Assembly: GCA_903909435.1 (NCBI GenBank)
Contig: CAIVVT010000157.1
Coordinates: 3,183-67,182 of the forward strand
Length of the DNA: 64,000 nucleotides
Source of the DNA: an uncultured Acidobacteriia bacterium
GTDB lineage: Bacteria; Acidobacteriota; Terriglobia; Bryobacterales; Bryobacteraceae
Direction: 5' to 3'
Part shown: positions 27,153 through 38,220 of the stretch, one piece after another
Numbering within the stretch: the stretch's first letter is position 1
Layout: the number at the start of each line of letters is the position of its first letter
The notes under the pieces: generated by a model
What the model was told of the DNA's origin: nothing
Database searches by the model: none
Seen by the model: the letters and a program-made list of their open reading frames with translations, nothing else
Made by a program: the position numbers and the translations under genes

Positions 27153-28895
27153 ATGGATGGCTCCCGGGACGAGATCCTTGCACGGCTGGAGGAAGTCAGC
27201 CGGTCGGTCGAGGAGTTGAGGCAGCGCGTCGCGGCGCTTGAACTCGGCTCTGCCCCCGTGCGGACGCCAAAGCCTGCCGCCATGGAGGCCGTTCCGGCGC
27301 CGCCCCCCGTCGCGGAGCGGGACGAGTCTGTGGCCGCGCTCGAAGAAGAGGCCGGCCAGCTCGTGCCGCTGCTGGGACGCGGCCTGCTCGGATTGGCAGG
27401 CGCTTACCTGCTGCGCGCGCTCACTGAGGCGGGTGTGCTGCCCGGCGCGCTGGGACCATTCCTGGGTATGGCCTACGCGGCGCTGTGGCTGCTGCTGGCA
27501 TCGCGCAAGACCTCCGAGAAGGCCATCTACAGCGTGGTTCACGGAGTGACGGCCGTGCTGATCATGGCTCCGATGCTGTATGAGATGACCACGCGGTTTC
27601 ACCTGATCTCCGTGCGCGGGGCCTCGCTGGCCGTCGTCCTCTTCGCTGCCTTCGGGCTCGCCGTGGCGTGGCGCAAGTCGTCCGGCGCACTCGCCTGGAT
27701 CGTCACCCTGGCCTCGCTGGCCATTGCGACGGCGCTGTTCAGCGAGATGCACGATCTGCCGGCGTGGGTGGTGACCGTGCTCGCGATTGCCGCCGCCGTC
27801 GAAGTCTGCGCCTGCCGCGATCGCTGGCTGGGACTGCGCTGGATCGCGGCGCTGGCAGCGGATCTGGCCGTCGTCATGCTGACCGTGATCGCCTCGCGCG
27901 GACCCGCTACGGACCAGGTGGTGCAGACGCCGGCCCTGTGGCTCACGCTGACCCTGCAGTTCAGCCTGTTGACCGTCTATCTGGTCAGCACCGTGGACCG
28001 CACGCTGTTGCGCCGGCTGCAGGTTTCGCGCTTTGAAATCGGTCAGGCCGTAGCGGCATTCTGCGTGTCGATTGGCGGCGCGCTCAGTCTCACCGGATTG
28101 AATTCCGCCAGCGCCCACGGCGTCGGCGTGTTCTGTCTGGCTGGCGGCGCGGCATGCTATCTGGTCTCGTTCGCTTTCCTGGAGGGCACGGGCAAGCACG
28201 ACCGCAACTTCAACACCTATTCGACGTTGGCCCTGCTGCTCGCGACCATCGGTTTTCGCATCATGCTCTCCGCCGATGGTTTGGCGGGGGCATGGGCGGC
28301 GCTCACGGTCCTGGCCCTGCTGGCGGGCCTGCTCGCGGACCGCGACACGCTGCGCGTGCACAGCCTGATCTACATGGCGCAGGCCATCGAGTCGTCGCAC
28401 CTGATTCAGCAGTCCACCACGCGCGTGATTCACTCCGGCTCCGGCCAACCGGCAGAACCAACCCTGGGCTATTTCCTGGTCCTGCTCGCGGCGTTGCTAT
28501 GCTACGCCGCCTCCGCCACGCTTGGCCGGGGACGCCGCGCCCACTGGGTCGATCCCGTGGAGACGTTCGTGACCGCAGCGCTCGTCTGTTGGGGCGCTGC
28601 CGGGTTAGCCTCCGGCTGGCTGTCGGCGCACGTGACGGGCGTCGCGCCGGTTCGCACCGCGCTGCTCACCCTGCTCGCTCTGGGTGCCGGCTGGCTGGGT
28701 CGCCGCTACGAGCGGCGGGAACTGCTGCTGCTGGCCTACCCGCTGATGGCGATAGCGGGAGTGAAGCTGGTGGCGGAGGATCTGCAAGAGGGCCGCTCGC
28801 TGATCTTCGTGCTCTCGCTGCTGCTGTTCGGCGCCGGGCTGATGGTGCTGCCGGGGTTGCTGAGGAAGCGGGCCGGGCGCGCACAACCGTCGTGA
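27153..28895 (+). CDS. Polytopic membrane protein with N-terminal coiled coil (DUF2339-like)
   Basis: ORF 27132..28895; ATG 27153 follows GGAGGTGG. MDGSRDEILARLEEVSRSVEELRQRVAALE is followed by more than 12 hydrophobic helices. Confidence 0.6.
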   Translation: MDGSRDEILARLEEVSRSVEELRQRVAALELGSAPVRTPKPAAMEAVPAPPPVAERDESVAALEEEAGQLVPLLGRGLLGLAGAYLLRALTEAGVLPGALGPFLGMAYAALWLLLASRKTSEKAIYSVVHGVTAVLIMAPMLYEMTTRFHLISVRGASLAVVLFAAFGLAVAWRKSSGALAWIVTLASLAIATALFSEMHDLPAWVVTVLAIAAAVEVCACRDRWLGLRWIAALAADLAVVMLTVIASRGPATDQVVQTPALWLTLTLQFSLLTVYLVSTVDRTLLRRLQVSRFEIGQAVAAFCVSIGGALSLTGLNSASAHGVGVFCLAGGAACYLVSFAFLEGTGKHDRNFNTYSTLALLLATIGFRIMLSADGLAGAWAALTVLALLAGLLADRDTLRVHSLIYMAQAIESSHLIQQSTTRVIHSGSGQPAEPTLGYFLVLLAALLCYAASATLGRGRRAHWVDPVETFVTAALVCWGAAGLASGWLSAHVTGVAPVRTALLTLLALGAGWLGRRYERRELLLLAYPLMAIAGVKLVAEDLQEGRSLIFVLSLLLFGAGLMVLPGLLRKRAGRAQPS

Positions 28896-28943
28896 CCGTG
28901 GCTTTGGTTGCACGCGCCGCGATTGCTAAAATCGCATTACTCT

Positions 28944-29903
28944 ATGGCACGCAATTTCAAAGACCTATCGGAACAGGAGATCGTCGCGCTCGCCATCTCG
29001 CTCGAGGAGGAAGACGAGCGCATCTACGCGGATTTCGCCAACGGGTTGAACGAGACATATCCAGCTACGGCGCAAGTCTTCGAGGCCATGCGCGACGAGG
29101 AAGCCAACCACCGCCGCCGTCTGATCGAACTGCACCGCGCGAAATTCGGCGAGCACATCCCGCTGATCCGCCGCCAGGATGTCAAAGGCTTCGTCCAACG
29201 CAAGCCGGTATGGCTGATCCGACCGCTCGGCATCGCCACGGTGCGCAAGCAGACGGAGTTGATGGAGTTGGAGACGCGCCGCTTCTACGAGCGCGCGATG
29301 CAGCACGTCACCGACGCGAGTATCCGAAAGCTGCTGGGAGACCTGGCCGAGATAGAACGCCAGCATTCGGCTACCGCGGAATCGCTGGAGCACGAGCATC
29401 TGACCACCGACGCCCGCCACGAGGAGGACGCCACCAACCGCCGGCTGTTCGTCATGCAGGTGGTTCAGCCGGGTCTGGCCGGCTTGATGGACGGCTCGGT
29501 CTCCACGTTGGCCCCGGTCTTCGCCGCCGCCTTCGCCACGCACAGCAGCAAGGACGCCTTGCTGGTCGGCCTGGCCGCTTCTATCGGCGCGGGCATCTCG
29601 ATGGGTTTCGCCGAGGCACTCTCCGACGACGGCTCGCTCACCGGGCGCGGCCACCCCTGGGCGCGCGGTCTGGTCTGCGGAGCGATGACCACCGCGGGCG
29701 GTATCGGGCACACGCTGCCGTACCTGATTCCGGACTTCAAGCTCGCCACCGGCGCCGCCGTGGGCATCGTCGCCGTTGAGCTCGCGCTGATCAGCTGGAT
29801 CCGCCACCGGTACATGGACACGCCCATCGTGTCCGCCACGCTGCAGGTTGTGCTGGGCGGCATCCTGGTCTTTGTGACGGGCATTCTGATCGGCAATTCG
29901 TAG
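28944..29903 (+). CDS. mbfA: Erythrin (ferritin-like) + VIT1/CCC1 fusion, MbfA-like iron exporter
   Basis: The N-terminus MARNFKDLSEQEIVALAISLEEEDERIY...EEANHRRRL has ferritin-like E..H motifs. The C-terminus has GLMDGSVSTLAPVFAAA and TM helices typical of the VIT family. Confidence 0.75.
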   Translation: MARNFKDLSEQEIVALAISLEEEDERIYADFANGLNETYPATAQVFEAMRDEEANHRRRLIELHRAKFGEHIPLIRRQDVKGFVQRKPVWLIRPLGIATVRKQTELMELETRRFYERAMQHVTDASIRKLLGDLAEIERQHSATAESLEHEHLTTDARHEEDATNRRLFVMQVVQPGLAGLMDGSVSTLAPVFAAAFATHSSKDALLVGLAASIGAGISMGFAEALSDDGSLTGRGHPWARGLVCGAMTTAGGIGHTLPYLIPDFKLATGAAVGIVAVELALISWIRHRYMDTPIVSATLQVVLGGILVFVTGILIGNS

Positions 29904-30046
29904 CGCGAAAGTGGGGCGGCGAACGCGAGGCTCCCGGAAGAGTATCGCCGGACCAACGCTGATTGAGTCTCTCCATACGCAGCAACGCGCGCACGCTGCC
30001 ACAACTTTTACTTGCGCGCAAGCCCCGATAGCATACGCTGCTAAGA

Positions 30047-32068
30047 GTGACCCGCCGTACCGCCCTCTCAACGCTGCTGCTCGGAAGCGCGGCTTTTGGC
30101 TCGCCTCGATTTCGCGTCTACGCCCGCTGCCTGCCCGACTACCTGGCCGCGCTCGCACGCGACGCCTACGAGCGGCGCAATGCCGCGCTGGCGCTGGTCA
30201 AGACCCCGGCGGACGTGCGTGCGCGCCAGGAGTGGGTGCGCCGCACGCTGTGGGACCTGATCGGAGGCCAGAGCGAACGCACGCCGCTGGCGACGAAGCA
30301 GGCGGGCCGCTTCGAGCGCACCGGCTATCGCCTGGAGAAGCTCAGTTACGAGAGCCGTCCCGGGCTGCGCATCCCGGCGAATCTCTACATCCCGACCACG
30401 TCGCACGGCCCCTTCCCCGGCGTGCTGTTCCAGATGGGCCACAGCCTGAACGGGAAGGCCGCCGACACTTACCAGAAGTGCTGCCAGGGTCTGGCGCGGC
30501 TGGGCTACGTCGTGCTCGCCTTCGACCCGATGGGGCAAGGCGAACGCACTTACCTGCACGTTGGCGACGCCGACGAAGAGCACTCGCGCATAGGCCGCCA
30601 GATGCTGCTGGTGGGCGATTCGGCCACGCGCCTGCAGTTGTGGGACGCGGTGCGCAGTCTCGACGTTCTCGCGGGTCTGCCGATGGTCGATCCCAAACGC
30701 CTCGCCAGCATGGGGCAGTCGGGCGGAGCCACTTTGACCATGCTGCTGGCCGCCGTGGACGACCGCCTCGCCTGCGCCGTGGTCTCCTCCGGCAACACCG
30801 AAAACTTCGCCTGCGCCGGTTTCAATTCACCTGGTTCCACCGACGACGCGGAGCAGGATCTGGTGGGCTCCGGCCCGCTGGCGTTCGACCGTTGGGACCT
30901 GCTATACCCCATGGCGCCCAAGCCGCTGCTAATCACGGTGAGCGAGCGCGATTCGTTCGGCACTTACTCGCCGTCGTACCTGCAAAGCGGCGAAGAGGAG
31001 TTCGACAAGCTGCGCCGCATGTACGAAGTGTTGGGCGCGGCGGATCGCATCGAATGGAAAACCACGGGTCTGCCGCACGCGCTGACGCACCAGATGCGGC
31101 TGTACTCCTACGAGTTTCTGGAGCGCTGGCTGCACGGAGCGAAGGCCCCGGTGGCCGAACCGGACGTGCAGCCCGAACAGGACGAGCAGTTGCTCGCGGG
31201 CGTCCACGTCACGCGCATAGAAATGGCCCGGCCCACGCCCGGCCCGATCGACGCCGTAACGCTCCAATCCCTGTTGCGAATCGGGCCAGCCTCGCGACCC
31301 GCTGGCTCGATTCCGCTGATGCGGGATCAGGCCGAAGGCTGCAGCGTGGAGACCTTCGAGGTGGAGTCCGCACCCGGCGTGTTCCTGCCTGCCTACGCGT
31401 TCGTCCCGCTCGCTGGTGCGCCCAAGAAGCCGTTGTTGCTGATGCTCGAGGCAGGTGGCCGCACCCGCAATTGGCGCGAGGGCGGACTCTACCACCGGCT
31501 CGCTGGAGCGGGCTTTGTCGTGTGCGCTTTCGACGTGCGCGGTATCGGCGATCTGGCGCCTGAGGTCGGGCGCGGCAACCCGGGCTATGCCAGTCCGCAC
31601 GCGCTCGAAGAAGCCTATGCGTGGTCGTCCATGCTCCTCGGGCACTCCCTGTTGGGGCAGCGCGTGGAGGACATCCTGGCCATAAGGCAAGCCGTTCGGG
31701 ACTGGCGCGGCGAGGGCCGCCGGGTGATCCTCTGCGCGAACGGGCCCATGACGGTTCCCGCGCTGTGCGCGACCGCGCTCGACCCGTCCGGCCACACGAC
31801 CTATCTGGCGCACGGACTCGTCTCCTGGTCCAGCCTGCTCGACGACGACAACTACTCCGAGCCGTTCTCGAGTTTCCTGCCCGGCGTGCTCACCAAGACG
31901 GATCTGCCCTTCATCGCACGCCTCGCGCGGACCCATCTCGTCCTTGCCGGGGCCGTCAACGCGCGCGGCCAGGCCGTTCCCGCAGCGGACGTGCGCCAGC
32001 TTTACGGGCCGGGCGTCGAAGTCCGCAGCGACGCCGCGTGGGACGCCGGCGCGTTCATGTCGCTCTGA
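30047..32068 (+). CDS. Exported alpha/beta hydrolase (acetyl-xylan-esterase/dienelactone-hydrolase-like)
   Basis: MTRRTALSTLLLGSAAFG is Tat-like. YIP...PFPGVLFQMGH, the nucleophile elbow GQSGGA, and a second alpha/beta-like half. Confidence 0.7.
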   Translation: MTRRTALSTLLLGSAAFGSPRFRVYARCLPDYLAALARDAYERRNAALALVKTPADVRARQEWVRRTLWDLIGGQSERTPLATKQAGRFERTGYRLEKLSYESRPGLRIPANLYIPTTSHGPFPGVLFQMGHSLNGKAADTYQKCCQGLARLGYVVLAFDPMGQGERTYLHVGDADEEHSRIGRQMLLVGDSATRLQLWDAVRSLDVLAGLPMVDPKRLASMGQSGGATLTMLLAAVDDRLACAVVSSGNTENFACAGFNSPGSTDDAEQDLVGSGPLAFDRWDLLYPMAPKPLLITVSERDSFGTYSPSYLQSGEEEFDKLRRMYEVLGAADRIEWKTTGLPHALTHQMRLYSYEFLERWLHGAKAPVAEPDVQPEQDEQLLAGVHVTRIEMARPTPGPIDAVTLQSLLRIGPASRPAGSIPLMRDQAEGCSVETFEVESAPGVFLPAYAFVPLAGAPKKPLLLMLEAGGRTRNWREGGLYHRLAGAGFVVCAFDVRGIGDLAPEVGRGNPGYASPHALEEAYAWSSMLLGHSLLGQRVEDILAIRQAVRDWRGEGRRVILCANGPMTVPALCATALDPSGHTTYLAHGLVSWSSLLDDDNYSEPFSSFLPGVLTKTDLPFIARLARTHLVLAGAVNARGQAVPAADVRQLYGPGVEVRSDAAWDAGAFMSL

Positions 32069-32198
32069 TCGTGGGCAGGCCTCGTCCGGCGGTCACAAGC
32101 CAACGAAATATATCTGATCGAATCCTCTCAATCGGTTAGCAGCGACGCGGAGGCGCGTTGCACAATTCGACGCGCGCGACGGGATTACACTCCGGGTG

Positions 32199-32300
32199 CG
32201 AAAGGACAAACCGCTAGTTTGTGCGGTTTTCCTTTTCAAGCTGCTGAATCTAAACAGTCGATTTTTACAAACCGCTAATTCTGCCGGTTTGCCTTTTTCG
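32199..32300. repeat. Second pair of CAAACCGC-loop-GCGGTTTG hairpin elements
   Basis: gaaaggacaaaccgc-tagtttgt-gcggttttccttttc (32200-32237) and caaaccg-10nt-cggtttg (32268-32291). The 11-mer acaaaccgcta occurs twice here, and the core matches 3928-4037. Confidence 0.6.
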
Positions 32301-32347
32301 ACCCGAATTCAGAAGCTCGCCAGGCACACCAAAATGGAGGAAGAAAG

Positions 32348-33049
32348 ATGCAGGAATTGATCATCGAACCGACGCAGGAACTTGCGTCGGCGCAACAACA
32401 GCAGACGGGCGAGGCCATCGATCTGGGCATGTGGCTCGGGCGCAGGCAGGCCTTCGCGTTGATGGCGGGACGCTGCTCAGCGGCCGATGCCGAGTGCATT
32501 CGCGACATCCGCAAGCAGAAGCGTTACCGCACGCTGCAGATGACCTGGGAACAATTCTGCGGGGAACGGCTGGGCATCTCCCGCGCGACGGCGGATCAGA
32601 TCGTCCGGCAGTTGGAGGAGTTCGGCCCCGAGTTCTTTAAGCTGGCCCAGTTGACGCACGTCAATCCGGCCGAGTACCGGCGGCTGAAACTGGCCGTGCG
32701 CGGGAATGCCCTGCTGCACGCCGGCGAGGAGATTCCGATCGATGCGGAGAACGGTCCGCGCCTGGCGGCGGCTATCGAGGAACTGCGGCAGGCCGCGCGC
32801 GTCGAACCCGCGGCCGTCCCGGCGGAGCAAGCTCCGGTGACAGCCGAACGCCAGAAAGGGCCGCCTCCCGTTACTAGCGTGCAGCAGCGTCTCGAACTTG
32901 CGGACCGGAACCTGCGCGTCGCCGTTGCGGAATTCAAGCATCTGCGGGACACGCTGGAGGGATCGGCGGACCGCCTCCGCCTGCGCCGCATGGTCAGCCT
33001 GGGCAAAGTATGGTTCAGCTGTTTGCGGCACGACCTGCGATCTCAGTGA
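32348..33049 (+). CDS. Hypothetical protein with probable HTH segment
   Basis: GGAGGAAG RBS. WEQFCGERLGISRATADQIVRQLEEFG looks like a helix-turn-helix. I do not recognise a family. Confidence 0.5.
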   Translation: MQELIIEPTQELASAQQQQTGEAIDLGMWLGRRQAFALMAGRCSAADAECIRDIRKQKRYRTLQMTWEQFCGERLGISRATADQIVRQLEEFGPEFFKLAQLTHVNPAEYRRLKLAVRGNALLHAGEEIPIDAENGPRLAAAIEELRQAARVEPAAVPAEQAPVTAERQKGPPPVTSVQQRLELADRNLRVAVAEFKHLRDTLEGSADRLRLRRMVSLGKVWFSCLRHDLRSQ

Positions 33050-33190
33050 TCGCCGGAAACACGGGTCCACCCTGCCCCACAACCTGAAGCACGACGCCAT
33101 CCTGCGCCACGGACTGAATTGGTCGTAACCGGAGTGCGCAAACCTCATTAGATCGTCCATCGACGCTCGAAATCGTTTAACATACCTTGG

Positions 33191-34426
33191 ATGCAACCCA
33201 ACGGGCAAAGCACAATCAACCGCTGGTGGCGGGTCGTCGGTGGACTGTCGATGAATCTGGCGTTGGGGACGCTCTACGGTTGGAGCGTGTTCGTCGCTCC
33301 GCTCGAAGCGCGCTTCGGCTGGAAGCGGGCGCAAACCTCGATGGTGTTCACCATCGCCGTGATCGTGTTCGCGTTGAGCTTCGTGCTGGCGGGCCGGATT
33401 CAGGATAAATTCGGGCCGCTGCCGTGCTCGCTGGCGGGGGGCATCCTGGTCAGTCTGGGATTCTTCCTGTGCTCGTACACCACCAGCCTGACCTACCTTT
33501 ACATTTGTTTCGGAGTGATCGCCGGGCTGGGCAACGGCTTCGGTTACGCTACGCCGATCCCGGTGATGGCCAAGTGGTTCCCCGATAAGCGCGGCCTGGC
33601 CGTGGGGCTGGCGGTGGGCGGCTACGGAGCGGGGTCGGCGATCTTCGGACCGCTGTCGCAGTTGAAGTTGATCCCGGCTTATGGACTGCCCGCGACGTTT
33701 CAAATTCTGGGCGCGATCTTCTTCGTGATGACGCTGGTGGGAGCGTTGCTGCTGCGCAACCCGCCGGCCGGATACAAGCCTGCGGGATGGTCCCCGGCGC
33801 AGGTCAAGAGCGCCGCGGCCGCACGCGAATTCTCACCCGGCGAGATGCTGCGCACGCGCACTTTTTACCTGATGTGGGTGGGCTACGCGCTGGGCTGCTC
33901 GGCGGGCTTGATGGTGATCAGCCAACTGGTTCCCTTCGCCAAGAGCGTGGGTATCGCCGCGGCGGCGCTCTCGACTATGACGCTGGTGGTGGGCGCGTTT
34001 GGAAACGCCTCGGGACGCATCCTGTCGGGCTGGATGTCCGACCGGCTGGGGCGCATCAATGTCTTGCGCACGATGATCGGGATCTGCATCTTTGCGATGC
34101 CTGCGTTATATGCGGCCGGGAGCACGGTAGCGCTGCTGTACGCGGCCGTGTTCGTCGTTTACTGGTGCTACGGAACGCAGCTTTCGGTAAATGGCGTGGC
34201 GGCGGCGGACTTCTGGGGCACGAAGAATGCGGGCGTCAACTACGGAATCCTCTTCACGGCTTGGGGCGTGGCGGGCATCATCGGGCCGCGCATCGGCGGC
34301 GTGCTCTACGACCGTTATCACAACTATCAAGCCGCGTTTTATACCGCCGCCGGGCTGGCCGCAGTGGCTCTCTTATGCGAACTCGGCGCTCGCAGACCGG
34401 CCGTTATCGGAGTTGTGAGAGCGTAG
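33191..34426 (+). CDS. MFS transporter, oxalate/formate antiporter (OFA)-like
   Basis: RWWRVVGGLSMNLALGTLYGWSVFVAPLE...; 12 predicted helices; the GRI.D..G loop motif. Confidence 0.85.
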   Translation: MQPNGQSTINRWWRVVGGLSMNLALGTLYGWSVFVAPLEARFGWKRAQTSMVFTIAVIVFALSFVLAGRIQDKFGPLPCSLAGGILVSLGFFLCSYTTSLTYLYICFGVIAGLGNGFGYATPIPVMAKWFPDKRGLAVGLAVGGYGAGSAIFGPLSQLKLIPAYGLPATFQILGAIFFVMTLVGALLLRNPPAGYKPAGWSPAQVKSAAAAREFSPGEMLRTRTFYLMWVGYALGCSAGLMVISQLVPFAKSVGIAAAALSTMTLVVGAFGNASGRILSGWMSDRLGRINVLRTMIGICIFAMPALYAAGSTVALLYAAVFVVYWCYGTQLSVNGVAAADFWGTKNAGVNYGILFTAWGVAGIIGPRIGGVLYDRYHNYQAAFYTAAGLAAVALLCELGARRPAVIGVVRA

Positions 34427-34458
34427 CTTCGACTCCGGAGCGGCGCTTACCGTGTTGC

Positions 34459-34734
34459 TCAGTTGCGCGATCTGCCGCGCGCGCTGCCGCCCAAACCGCC
34501 CAGATCGATGATCACCGCGATCAGCAGCCACAGCAGATTGATCCCCGCCAGCGGCAGGTGACTGTTCATTTCCCAGGCGTAAACGATGGTGGTGAGAGGC
34601 AGGAAGAAGAAGCCGAGCAGCGGCACCAGCATACTGCCGTGGTAGGCGCGCTGCAGGTAGGACGAGAAGAACCACATCAACGCCAGGGCCAGGCGCGGAA
34701 ACACCAGAATGCCGAGCGCCACGAAGCAACACAT
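34459..34734 (-). CDS. Small hydrophobic membrane protein, hypothetical
   Basis: 91 aa with three clear hydrophobic helices and a basic C-terminus. It sits in an otherwise gene-free gap. No homology recognised. Confidence 0.45.
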   Translation of the reverse strand: MCCFVALGILVFPRLALALMWFFSSYLQRAYHGSMLVPLLGFFFLPLTTIVYAWEMNSHLPLAGINLLWLLIAVIIDLGGLGGSARGRSRN

Positions 34735-34958
34735 AACTGGCCTCCAAACGGGCAGTGCTAGTCCACGCAGTGCAAGGATACCAGAACCCCGGCCAGCGGG
34801 TCTGCGTCCATCGATTCAGGTCAACTCCGTGGGAAGCCGCCAGCTTCGGACCCGCTGAGACAACCGCTCGCGAGCATTCGGGGCCCGGCAACCAGGAGAC
34901 CGCTTTGTCCGGTTGCCGACCACCGGGCCTCTGAGCATAATGGAGGCGGAGGTCCACG

Positions 34959-36245
<1,287 letters not shown>

Positions 36246-36262
36246 TCCGGCTCAGTGATCGA

Positions 36263-36300
36263 GCGTGGCGCACGCTGCAGCGCTGGAGCGTGCGCCGCGC
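36263..36300. terminator. Hairpin between convergent gdhA and SelA-like gene
   Basis: gcgtggcgcacgct (36263-36276) / agcgtgcgccgcgc (36287-36300), 13 of 14 paired; no U-tract. Confidence 0.5.
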
Positions 36301-36312
36301 TGGTCAGCCTAA

Positions 36313-37917
36313 TCAGGTGCGATAGGCGTGCCGCGTGGCCGTCCACCTGGCGGAGCCGTATTCGCCCAAACCAACTTCTCCCGACATCGCCGGGCCATCC
36401 ACCGTTCCCGCGAAGCTGTAGTGCAGATTGGTCCCCTCGATGTGGTGTGCGCTGTGGAAGCGCACGGCGCTGCCTTCCACGACGCCCGTCAGATCGCCCT
36501 TGAGAATTTCGCCGCGGTGAATGCCGCTGAGTTGCGGGCCCTTCTGTTCAAACTCGATCTGGTGGGCGGAGGTGCCGTACAGGAACGTGAGTTTCACGTC
36601 CCAGACACCGCTGACATCCACCGCCGGGGCGAGGGCCGCCGGGAGTGCCGGAATGGCCGGCGGGTTGGAGAGCAGCGCGTGGAGCTTGCGGGCGACGACT
36701 TCGCTGTCTCCGGGCATCATCATGTAGGGCATGATGGTGAGCGAACTGGGAGTGTTGTCCCGCCGGTTGCCGGTTGCGTCTCCGACGATAATGCGGGGCT
36801 CGCCATCGAGCAGGATCTTCTGCGCCTCCTCCCCGGTGATTCCCACGGTCTTGCCGTCCCAACGGATCACGAGTTCCGGCGCGTGATTGGAAAGGTCTTC
36901 GGGCTGGCGGACGGAGGTGGTGACACTGGCGACCTTGGTCACTTGCGAACCGATCGCGTCAAGGTAGGATTGCCACGCCTTCCACTCCGCTTCGTGATCG
37001 CGTTTCACCCAGCATTCCACCGCGGTGAGCATGCCGATGATCTCTTCCTTGCCCACTTTGAGCGAGCGGCCGAAAGCGTGGTGCGGCGCGCTGTTGATCC
37101 AGGCGGCCTGCAGCAGGTCCTTAGGCCCGAGCAGCAGGCCGGCGCACTGCGGACCTCGCAGAATCTTGCCTCCGCTGTAAGCCACCATCGTCGCGCCGTG
37201 CGCGAGGTGAATGTTCGGGATGGTCAGGTTCTCCGCGGCGGCGTCCACGATCATCGGCACGCCGTGCTGCCGCGCGGCCCTGGCGACCTCCGGGATAGAG
37301 AGCGGCCCGCTTTCGGCGGCGGGACACGATAGCACGAGCACCATCGCGGTTTTGGCGTTGAAAGCGTTCTGCAATTGCTCCGCGGTTTCGACCTCAATCA
37401 TCTTCACGCCCAGCATCCGGACGGCATGGTCGTACTCGTTGCGGGAGTACCGGGGCATGATGACTTCGCTCTTCATGCCGGTGAGATCGGGCAGCCGCTG
37501 CATCCGCTCGGGGTTCGAGCCCGCGATGCAAGCCGCGGTGGCGTGCGTCAGGGCCGCCGCGCAGCCGGCCGTCACGATGCCCCATTCCGCTTGCGTCAGT
37601 TCCGCCAGTCGCTTGCTGACGGCGCCCATCAACTCGTCCAGGTGGACGTAGTGGTGCGATGCCGCTTCCATGGCGGTCTTGACTTCCGCGAGGCTTTGGG
37701 AGCCGCTGATGATGGTGTACGTACCTTTGCAGTTGATCAGCGGGCGAACCCCGATCGACGCATAAACGTTCGCGGAGGGAGTGGCGTTCCCGCCCGCCAC
37801 GGTTGCGTTCCGCGCGCCGTCGTGCGAGGCGTGCAGCAGGCTCTCGCCAGCCAGCAGGGCGCCGCCCAGCAACAAGCCCCGCCTGCTGGGGGATGGATGT
37901 GTCTGTGATTTCGACAT
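36313..37917 (-). CDS. Tat-exported SelA-like (fold-type I PLP) enzyme with extra C-terminal domain
   Basis: SRRGLLLGGALLAGE Tat motif. VAYSGGKILRGPQCAGLLLG resembles the SelA-family Lys region. There is a ~110-aa C-terminal beta-rich extension. Confidence 0.65.
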   Translation of the reverse strand: MSKSQTHPSPSRRGLLLGGALLAGESLLHASHDGARNATVAGGNATPSANVYASIGVRPLINCKGTYTIISGSQSLAEVKTAMEAASHHYVHLDELMGAVSKRLAELTQAEWGIVTAGCAAALTHATAACIAGSNPERMQRLPDLTGMKSEVIMPRYSRNEYDHAVRMLGVKMIEVETAEQLQNAFNAKTAMVLVLSCPAAESGPLSIPEVARAARQHGVPMIVDAAAENLTIPNIHLAHGATMVAYSGGKILRGPQCAGLLLGPKDLLQAAWINSAPHHAFGRSLKVGKEEIIGMLTAVECWVKRDHEAEWKAWQSYLDAIGSQVTKVASVTTSVRQPEDLSNHAPELVIRWDGKTVGITGEEAQKILLDGEPRIIVGDATGNRRDNTPSSLTIMPYMMMPGDSEVVARKLHALLSNPPAIPALPAALAPAVDVSGVWDVKLTFLYGTSAHQIEFEQKGPQLSGIHRGEILKGDLTGVVEGSAVRFHSAHHIEGTNLHYSFAGTVDGPAMSGEVGLGEYGSARWTATRHAYRT

Positions 37918-38220
37918 TGAGAACCTCCTGGTGTGCGCGACGTTGAAGTCGAATTGTCGATCCTAGTCAGATTCGGCCGGCGGTGTCAAAGGAGGGTGCA
38001 CCGAAATCGCGGCGTTTGGCTCGCCTTTGGGCTTGCGGCCGGTTGTGGGGTGCGTGCCTTGATGCCTGCCGGGCAGGGATGGCGTGGCCGGACATCAGGC
38101 CCAACATCAGGCATGGCAGCGTTGGCTGAAAGGTGTATCCTTTCATCTGGTCAGCTCATCTGATTTCCGCTTGCGGGAAGCGCAACGCAAGGTTTGTCGC
38201 AAACGCCGGGGAGGATATCC

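Noticed and set aside
34882-34929. Imperfect hairpin (ggcccggcaacc.../...ggttgccgaccaccgggcc) in the gdhA 5' region as a riboswitch or leader.
   Set aside because: It is an isolated stem with no recognisable riboswitch consensus and no associated terminator or mini-ORF. It cannot be distinguished from chance GC-rich pairing without comparative data.
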